A program made the position numbers and the translations under genes. The notes under the pieces were generated by a model, which was not told where the DNA came from, ran no database searches, and saw nothing but the letters and a program-made list of their open reading frames with translations. From positions 1 through 43,842 of IMG/VR virus record IMGVR_UViG_3300035145_000697: a stretch of 43,842 nt of DNA; one strand, 5' to 3'. Positions 18,026 through 25,800 of the stretch are shown here, piece after piece; positions within the stretch are counted from its first letter, which is position 1, and every line of letters begins with the position of its first letter. This stretch comes from a virus (Duplodnaviria; Caudoviricetes).

Positions 18026-18650
18026 TTTAATTCTGGAATTACCAGGATTCCTTCCCGAAGAAGATTGTGAAAATTTTGTAGAAAAGTTTTGGAACAATAC
18101 TAACAAACATCATGATGGTGGAATCGGTGATGGGGATGTTGATTACACCCATAAGAAAGCAACTCAGTGGCATCCACAAGTAGGTAATGATGTATGGTGT
18201 CAACTTTCAGTTGTAGTTAAAGATGCAATTGATGAATACTATAAGAGAAGCAAACTATTGTGGCGTGCCCCTCTTGTTTCTTATGATTATTCTTTGCGTT
18301 GTTATGTAAAGAATGATGGTTGGTTCAATGAACACATTGATGTGTCTCCTATGGATCCTTTGTTGATGTCTAGACTGTATGCAATTATTGTATACCTAGA
18401 TGATGTTGCTGAAGGTGGTGAGACAGAATTTGTTGAATTGGGTTATAAAGTAAAACCAGAAATGGGTAAGTTGCTGATGTTCCCATGTAATCAATTATAT
18501 CCACACAAAGGAAACAAACCAATTAGTAATGGTAAGCATGTTTTCACAGCGTTTGTTTGTATGGATATTGATGCTCCTCATCTAAAAGCAGCACAACATC
18601 CAAACCAAATGCATGGTTGCCCATATCAGAAACACTGGGGAAAGAAGTGA
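18012..18650 (+). CDS. 2OG-Fe(II) oxygenase, prolyl-4-hydroxylase-like
   Basis: EHID...IVYLDDVAEGGETEF...KPEMGKLLMFP...PHKG...K. Start placed at ATG 18012. Confidence 0.87.
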   Translation: MKLTDLILELPGFLPEEDCENFVEKFWNNTNKHHDGGIGDGDVDYTHKKATQWHPQVGNDVWCQLSVVVKDAIDEYYKRSKLLWRAPLVSYDYSLRCYVKNDGWFNEHIDVSPMDPLLMSRLYAIIVYLDDVAEGGETEFVELGYKVKPEMGKLLMFPCNQLYPHKGNKPISNGKHVFTAFVCMDIDAPHLKAAQHPNQMHGCPYQKHWGKK

Positions 18651-19045
18651 AGATTTCTTTTGTTAATGGTTGCTTTGATGTTTTACATCCAGGACACATT
18701 GAACTTTTAAAATTTGCACGGTCTCTTGGAGATTACCTGATTGTTGCTATCGACTCTGATGAGAAGGTAGCACAGATGAAGGGTCCTGAGAGACCTATTT
18801 TTTCGCAGTATGATAGAGCATTGATGCTCAAGTCAATTCGGTATGTGGATGTAGTGCATGTCTTTGACACTAGACAGGAGTTAGAAGAATTGCTCTATTC
18901 CATCTCACCTGATATAATGGTCGTAGGTTCCGACTGGAAAGGAAAAGAAGTAGTAGGTTCACAGTATGCCAAATCAGTTCGGTTTTTCGATAGACTCGGA
19001 GATTATTCCACAACACAAACAATTCAAGGTATTACTTATAGGTGA
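18647..19045 (+). CDS. Heptose-1-phosphate adenylyltransferase-like (RfaE domain II / HldC), cytidylyltransferase family
   Basis: NGCFDVLHPGH (HxGH), LGDYLIVAIDSD, KGPERPI, GSDW, YSTT. GTG 18647 overlaps the upstream TGA. Confidence 0.85.
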   Translation: MKISFVNGCFDVLHPGHIELLKFARSLGDYLIVAIDSDEKVAQMKGPERPIFSQYDRALMLKSIRYVDVVHVFDTRQELEELLYSISPDIMVVGSDWKGKEVVGSQYAKSVRFFDRLGDYSTTQTIQGITYR

Positions 19046-19751
19046 CACCTGTAAGGATGTTTATGTTTATGGTAAGTGCTCTAGGTTGAGTCCTGAGGCA
19101 CCAGTTCCAGTTCTAGTTGAAACACATAAAACATACAGCGAGGGTATGGCGTGGAATGTTAAAAACAATCTACAGTCTTTTGGTGTTGAAGTATACCTGA
19201 TGACTAGCATGGAACAACCAGTTAAAACTAGGTATGTTGATGTTAGATCAAATCAACAGATCATGAGATGTGATCAAAATGATCAGGTATCAGAGTTCAA
19301 GTATGATTTACCAGAAGAAAAATTTGATGCTCTAATAATCTCTGATTACAATAAGGGATTCCTGACAGAAGAGAAGTTGTTTGAGTTGACAGATTGGTTT
19401 GATGGACCTACATTCATAGATAGTAAGAAGACTAATCTACCTAAAAACTGCTACTTAAAACTCAATGAGTTTGAATCTAATAAACTAGATGGTGACTATC
19501 CTAATCTGATTATTACTAGAGGATCTAAGGGAGCAGAATATAAAAGTAGAATGTATCCTGGTGAGCAAGTCAATGTGTTTGATGTTGCTGGTGCTGGAGA
19601 TACTTTCCTGAGTAGTTTGGTTTACTTTTATCTCAGACTCGGAAAGGTGGAGTATGCAATTCCATACGCCAACAAAGCTGCTGCGTTTGCTGTTCAGCAG
19701 AGAGGTACTCATGTTCTTACAGAGGAGGAAGTCCATGAACTATGTGATTGA
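18966..19751 (+). CDS. Heptose-7-phosphate kinase-like (RfaE domain I / HldA), PfkB family
   Basis: IGD...DVYVYG...RLSPEAPVPVL, KTRY, ISDYNKG, DVAGAGDTF motifs. Confidence 0.9.
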   Translation: MPNQFGFSIDSEIIPQHKQFKVLLIGDTCKDVYVYGKCSRLSPEAPVPVLVETHKTYSEGMAWNVKNNLQSFGVEVYLMTSMEQPVKTRYVDVRSNQQIMRCDQNDQVSEFKYDLPEEKFDALIISDYNKGFLTEEKLFELTDWFDGPTFIDSKKTNLPKNCYLKLNEFESNKLDGDYPNLIITRGSKGAEYKSRMYPGEQVNVFDVAGAGDTFLSSLVYFYLRLGKVEYAIPYANKAAAFAVQQRGTHVLTEEEVHELCD

Positions 19752-20061
19752 TATTGATGGGACTATCTGTGAGAAGTTGGATCCTACTGATGAGTACGAG
19801 GATTCGATTCCTATCGTCACTAGAATTCGTCAAATAAATAAATTATATGACCAAGGTCATAAGATTGTTTATCTTACTGCTAGAGGCATGGGTCGTCACA
19901 AGAACGACAGACAGTTAGCAGAAGAAGAATTTTACACAGATACTTGGAACCAGTTAGTATTCTGGGGATGCAAGTTTCATGAACTCCATTTGGGCAAACC
20001 AGCTGGTGATTACTACATTGATGATAAGGGAGTGAATGCAAATGATTTCTTTGATACATGA
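19735..20061 (+). CDS. HAD-superfamily phosphatase (capsule-biosynthesis-type; candidate GmhB role)
   Basis: DIDGT motif I, TARG motif II, GKP...YIDDK motifs III/IV. GAGGAGG RBS before ATG 19735. Confidence 0.8.
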   Translation: MNYVIDIDGTICEKLDPTDEYEDSIPIVTRIRQINKLYDQGHKIVYLTARGMGRHKNDRQLAEEEFYTDTWNQLVFWGCKFHELHLGKPAGDYYIDDKGVNANDFFDT

Positions 20062-20569
20062 AAACGACGCTCTTCTTGATCCGTTTACTATTGATTGGAT
20101 CAACAATAGTCTTTATGAATACCCTGTTGCATACGGGCACCGAGCTTCCGAAGATGGAGATACATTTTTTGGAAGAATATTTTTTTGGGACGGATGGCGC
20201 GAGCAGTTCCATCAGAAGAACATCCCTGCCAGTGTAGATTACCTAACCAATTTTGTAGTCACATGGTTGCCTGCTGTAACTGGTAAAGAGTTTGTAGGAT
20301 TGAGAAGAATTGCACTGAATGCTGCGTGTCCTGGACAGCGTGGTGGTGTGCATTGTGACGATGAGAGTGACACATCACTTTGGACTGTGCTATACTATAT
20401 TACTGACAGTTCGGGTGACACTCTAATATACGATGGAGACAATGTTATTCACTCGTGTAAATACAAGCAAGGGAAGTTCGTTGCTTTTCCTTCTACCTAT
20501 GTACATAATGCGGAGGCACCAGAATCAGGATGGAGAATGAGTTTGGCGTTCGGTATTCAAGTCCAATGA
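20036..20569 (+). CDS. 2OG-Fe(II) oxygenase-like protein
   Basis: VHCD...TVLYY...GDTL...GKFVAFPS..VH....R.SLAF. Confidence 0.78.
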   Translation: MQMISLIHENDALLDPFTIDWINNSLYEYPVAYGHRASEDGDTFFGRIFFWDGWREQFHQKNIPASVDYLTNFVVTWLPAVTGKEFVGLRRIALNAACPGQRGGVHCDDESDTSLWTVLYYITDSSGDTLIYDGDNVIHSCKYKQGKFVAFPSTYVHNAEAPESGWRMSLAFGIQVQ

Positions 20570-20907
20570 AACATGTTTCAAAAGGTTGGGGTTATGAAAA
20601 ATGGATTGTTAACAACGAAAAATACTGCGGTAAGTTGTTGTATTTCAATAAAGGAAAGAAATGTTCATGGCACTACCATCTAAAAAAAGAAGAGACTTTT
20701 TATATTCACTCTGGTAAGTTACATCTCATCTATGGTTTTGAAGATGATATGACTATGGCAGACAGCGTAATATTAAACCCTGGAGATAAATTTGAAATCC
20801 CCAGGGAACTAAGACATCAAATGTATGCTATTGAAGATACTGAGATGTATGAATTTTCAACTACTCACTTTGAATCTGATTCTTTCAGAGTAGTCAAAGG
20901 CGATTGA
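20566..20907 (+). CDS. Cupin sugar isomerase-like protein (mannose-6-phosphate isomerase type II C-terminal / D-lyxose isomerase-like)
   Basis: KGWGYE, CGKLL, CSWHYHLKKEETFY, PGD...IP...RH motifs. ATGA coupling at 20566. Confidence 0.78.
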   Translation: MKHVSKGWGYEKWIVNNEKYCGKLLYFNKGKKCSWHYHLKKEETFYIHSGKLHLIYGFEDDMTMADSVILNPGDKFEIPRELRHQMYAIEDTEMYEFSTTHFESDSFRVVKGD

Positions 20908-21679
20908 TATACTCTTCTACTGTAGTAAACTTATGATCTTTCCAGGATAAGTTAGTTCTGGTGTCATACTGATACTTACCTTCTAGGTGTTTGGGGAAAG
21001 GGATCTCTTCGATCTCTGCCCCATATTTTTTTGCAATGATTTCTGCAATGTCTCTGAATGAATACTGAGTGCCTGATCCAAGATCAAAGATACCAGAACC
21101 TGCTTTGTTGTTGGTGACAATATCAACAACATCATCAACGCAAACAAAATCTCTGAACATCGTTTCAGATCCTTCAAAGATTTTAATTTTTCCTGTAAGT
21201 TTTGCTTGCTCAGTAAACTTGCTTACTGGACTACGCTGATCACCTTTTGATTCCTCACCATCACCATAGACATTAAAGAATCTAAATCCTTGAATCTTAC
21301 TAAACATGTCCATGTGTTGCTGAACCCAGTAGTCTAGTTGAACTTTTGAGATAGCATAAAAGTTCAGTGGGTTGATCGACCCAGAAATACTGTTCCCATA
21401 CACAGATGCCGATGATGCATACTTTACTGGAATGCCTAGTTCAATTGCTTTCTTAAATAGACGAATGGAAAACTCTACATTGTAGATAGTAAGTTTACCA
21501 ATGTCAGTTTCTGTAGTAGATGAGATAGCTCCCATGTGAATGATTTCAGTAATTCTATCCCACACAGGAAGATTATCTAGTAATTGGAAGCAGTTCCAAT
21601 ACTCCATTCCAATATACTTCTCATCTTGTTCGGCAAATTTCTTGCCGATAAATCCATTACAACCAGTGATAATCTTCAT
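20894..21679 (-). CDS. hldD: ADP-L-glycero-D-manno-heptose 6-epimerase-like (extended SDR)
   Basis: ITGCNGFIG, HMGAISSTTE, YASSASVYG, PLNFYAISK (YxxxK), GFRFFNVYG, RDFVCVDDV, IPFP..L.GKYQ, all characteristic of RfaD/HldD. Confidence 0.88.
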   Translation of the reverse strand: MKIITGCNGFIGKKFAEQDEKYIGMEYWNCFQLLDNLPVWDRITEIIHMGAISSTTETDIGKLTIYNVEFSIRLFKKAIELGIPVKYASSASVYGNSISGSINPLNFYAISKVQLDYWVQQHMDMFSKIQGFRFFNVYGDGEESKGDQRSPVSKFTEQAKLTGKIKIFEGSETMFRDFVCVDDVVDIVTNNKAGSGIFDLGSGTQYSFRDIAEIIAKKYGAEIEEIPFPKHLEGKYQYDTRTNLSWKDHKFTTVEEYINRL

Positions 21680-21691
21680 TTCAATCTACTT

Positions 21692-21699
21692 TATAAATA
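21692..21699 (+). promoter_or_regulatory. Late promoter TATAAATA
   Basis: Exact consensus in the divergent intergenic gap before 21727. Confidence 0.85.
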
Positions 21700-21726
21700 A
21701 CTAGAGACAGTATAGACCCTAAACTT

Positions 21727-22860
21727 ATGCCAGCTGCAACCTATGGTTATCTGGCGAGTATCGTGCCTGCGAAAAAGACCAGGACCCTGCTCCATGTAGC
21801 CCCTACCGACAAGTTAGTCGAAGGTAGACTCTCTATCTCACACCAAAATTCGGTTCCCGTTAGAGTTCGTGTTGGTGTATCTAGTGGAGCTCTTACTTCT
21901 TTTGCTCCAAGTAACTACATCCTGTATGATCTAGTGATCGACCAGGGTGAAACCTACGAGACTGATCTTATTTATTTTGCTAACAATCAGTCACTTGTAG
22001 TATATACCGATGCTGAGAATACATCGTTCCTATTACACGGTGAGATTGTTGACAATCCAGTTACATCTGGATTCTTAAATTCAATCAAAGTACAGGACGC
22101 AAGAAAAGATACTGTATTATATACTGTACCAGGAACTGAGGAAGTTGACCTTTCTATCTTTGTTTCTAACCAGGGATCAAGTAGATCTAGATTTAGAATT
22201 GCAATTCAAGAGGTAGGTCAAGCAAAAAATAGTGCAAACTATTTGAATTATAACACAGTATTATACCCAAGGTCATTCTACCAAAGAACAAACATCAAGG
22301 CATCTGGTGGTCAGCAAGTCGTAATTTGGGTCGAAGACGCTAACCAACTAAGTTTTGCTATATACGGTAAGTTCAATTACAATGTCGTCGCGACAGACTT
22401 CTCTGTTAATGGTAACTTTACTGTAGTTGGTGATTCAGATCTACAGTCAAATGTAACCGTTGGTCAAGACTTGTCTGTTGGTGGTACTTCAACACTGACT
22501 GGTGCTGTAACAACTGGATCCAGTCTTCACGCTGGTGGAACATTCAGTGTTGGTGCTGATCCTCTTGCACCTGTAGCAAGTCTCACTGACGCTGGTGTCT
22601 TTACTACAAGTGGAAGTGCTTCCATTGGTGGTGGTGCAGCTATCGGAGGAACCCTATCTTCTGGTGGTGGAAACTTTACTGTAGACTCTGCAGGTAATGC
22701 AACTCTAGCTGGCAACCTTTCTGCTGGTGGCGTATCGTCTGATTTGAATCTTCTAAATAATAGGGTAACAAATATGGGTAGACCGATTGCGCCTACCGAT
22801 GCGGCAACTCGCGGTTTCGTGGACGCACAGATCACCGCATTGTCCATTGCACTTTCATAA
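21727..22860 (+). CDS. Virion structural / fibre protein
   Basis: Two tandem ~100-aa domains like 8372..8692, then G/S/T beta-repeats and PTDAATRGFVD (fibre DAAT.xYVD motif). Confidence 0.7.
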   Translation: MPAATYGYLASIVPAKKTRTLLHVAPTDKLVEGRLSISHQNSVPVRVRVGVSSGALTSFAPSNYILYDLVIDQGETYETDLIYFANNQSLVVYTDAENTSFLLHGEIVDNPVTSGFLNSIKVQDARKDTVLYTVPGTEEVDLSIFVSNQGSSRSRFRIAIQEVGQAKNSANYLNYNTVLYPRSFYQRTNIKASGGQQVVIWVEDANQLSFAIYGKFNYNVVATDFSVNGNFTVVGDSDLQSNVTVGQDLSVGGTSTLTGAVTTGSSLHAGGTFSVGADPLAPVASLTDAGVFTTSGSASIGGGAAIGGTLSSGGGNFTVDSAGNATLAGNLSAGGVSSDLNLLNNRVTNMGRPIAPTDAATRGFVDAQITALSIALS

Positions 22861-22880
22861 GGGATTCGGGGTTTTTTTAA

Positions 22881-25800
22881 ATGGCTAAAAGGCAACTTAG
22901 AGATTATGCTTTCAAACCAGGACTATCTGGTTTAGGCACCTTAAAAGTTCTGGATAAAGTCAACGCTGATCAGATTCTTCTGATTAGTAATGCGACTGCG
23001 AATCAGATTCTTTACAACTTTAGTGATGCAACTAATCAAATTAGTGTAGCATTCCAAGCAACTACGGATGGATCTGACCCAGACTTCCCATTCGCTAACA
23101 CCTTATCGAATGGTGTTACTACGATTACTTTCTTATTCGACACATCTGCTTTCGATCTCAATGATGAGATTCAGATTTTTGTTGAAGATGAAGTTGTAAG
23201 AACTAGACCTTACGACTTTGGTACAGACGCTATTGAGAGACAGCGTGTATCAAATACTCTATCCATGCTTGACGCTGACTTCGAGTATGGTATCCAACCA
23301 ACGAAGTGGCAAACTATTGACCTCATGAGAGGTTACCCTTCTAGCTTTGAATTCCCTGGAGCAGATGTAGAAGTTAGTGCAATTGTTACCGATGCTTCCC
23401 AAGGATCTGGTGGAGTTGGTCCTTCCCTTATTACCATCGACACTCTTCTAGACCATGGATTCGCTGTTGGAGATCCTATTACACTTAAAGGTGTGGATGA
23501 TGGCGTCACTGGTTTTGCTAAGGCAGAAGGATCTTTTATTATCAGTGCTGTCCCACAACCAGATCAATTCCAATTCTACGCAAAGGGTAAAGTAGGAACC
23601 TCTCCTGCAACATCTTTGTTCTCTGGATTCATTCAACTTAGAAAAGCAGGATTCTATACAGGTGCTTCTTTAGGTTCTCCTCAATTGACAGTTGCATCTA
23701 ACGGTGCTTCTGGTCAATTTACTACTAGAGGTATTAACACCACTGGTGTCAATAGAATTGGTATTGCAGTTCCTGGATCTGCACCTCCAGCAGGTGCTCC
23801 TATTTCTGGAACAAACATTGCTGCTGGTACACAGATCACTGGTTATGTTGATACTGATACAACCATTGCGATTACAACTAGTTTCACAGCACCAGCGTCT
23901 CAGATCACATTAAACGAAACGACTGATCTGGAAGTTGGTTCTGCACTAGATGATGGTACTGGTAACGCAATTTTCGTTACCAATATCGAAGAAAATACTA
24001 TTTCTCTATCTTCTCCTTATCAAGCAGATAGAACTGGTAACAGCTTTATCTCATCTGCAACTTCCCCAACACCAGTCAACTTTGGTTTGGGTTCTGGTGC
24101 ATTTATTACTCTCGAAAGAAATGCAGGAGCATATGAGAATGTGGTAATTAACCCAACTACATTCTTCTATGAAGTAGCGGTAAGTAGCTATGCTGGTCTT
24201 GGTACTAATGCAACATTCAATATTGAAAAGAATGCTGCTACTGGACAATATACAAATGTATTTGTATCAAACATTGGTAGTGATTATTCTGCAACAGAAA
24301 CTATTGTCATCTATGGTTCTTTATTAGGTGGTGATGACACCACTCATGATATTAGCATCACAATTAACAGTGTTGATGCAAATGGTGGTATTACTGGTAT
24401 CAGTGCTACTGGTACTGCAAGCAGCAACAACCCTAATGCTGGTGCTCTCTATCAAGTAGGTGAGCGAGTTGTTATCTATGGTAACCAACTTGGTGGTATC
24501 TCTCCAGCAAATGATCTTGAGTTGATTCTTACTGGTGTTACTGCTTCTGGTGGTATTGACACATTCAAGGCTATTGGTCAAGGTATTCCTTCTAACCAAG
24601 ACTATTTGAATGTTACTGGAACCACATCTGGAACTGGTATTAACGCATCCTTCGGTGTACAAAGAACTGGTAGCGGTATCAAGACTGCTCAAGTCGATGA
24701 GATTGAAGTTGGTGGATCTGTTGAGGTCGGTGATGTATTCAATGTTGATATCACAGACACAAATTCTAGTACACTTGAGAACTTCTCTGTTACTGCTGTT
24801 GCAAATGATGGTCTTAATGAGATCAGAAACGGTCTAATTGCTGCTATCAATGATCTATCCACAGGATCTGCATATGTATTTGCTGAGGCAGGTGGTGAGG
24901 GTAAAGTAAGAATTACAGCTATTAGTCCTGGTTCTGCATTCACTGTTGCAGTTTCTACATTTGAGGGTGATGCATCTACAGCAGATTCGCAGACACTCAC
25001 ACATACCAACTTTATTCCAAACGAAAATACAACTACATCACCAACATATTCTGCAACTATTGGAAACCCAGGTTCTGGATATGCTCCTAACGATACTATC
25101 ACACTAAATGGTGGTGATCTTGGTGGTAACAATATTGAGCATGACCTAACAATCACAGTTACATCTGTTGATGCATCTGGATCTATTACTGCTTTCACTC
25201 TTGGTGGTACTGCAGCATCTGGTGATGCAACTTTCGATTCACTAACACCAACCAGCACTGCTTTCAACGCTACATTCTTCCCCAGAATTACTGGTGGTGC
25301 TTACAATCCTGACATTGATAATGCAGGTACTGGTTATCAAATTGGATATCAATTTACAATCGGTGGTGAGCAACTTGGTGGTACTTCTCCTGCCAACGAT
25401 ATGACCATTACAGTCACTGATGTTGACTTTACTAATGGTGCTATCCTTGCTGTTAGCGCAACTGGTACTCCAGTTTCTGGAGACTCTATTGCATTCTATC
25501 CATCTGTTGCTATCTCTGCTCCAACAACTGGCAATATTGCAAACGGAGCAACTATTGTTTACGCAGCAATTGCTAGAATCAGAGCTCAGTTCCCTAATAA
25601 CCACGGACTAGTTCCAGGTAATACAATTCTAACAGCGATCACATCTATTGGTACTGGACATGATCTAGCAGCAGGACCATTCTTTGTCGAAGAAGTTCCT
25701 GCACCAGATGAGTTTATATACACAGTTAGATCTACAGGAACTGTTTCCACATCTCCTACTCTTGCTGGATCCATCTATGCAAGACCAGATTGCTTCTACA

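Noticed and set aside
22858-22880. Terminator after 21727..22860
   Set aside because: A T-run is present but there is no convincing stem.
14480-25267. Longer minus-strand ORFs (e.g. 14480..15109, 24689..25267)
   Set aside because: Antisense shadows of well-supported + strand genes, with no motifs.
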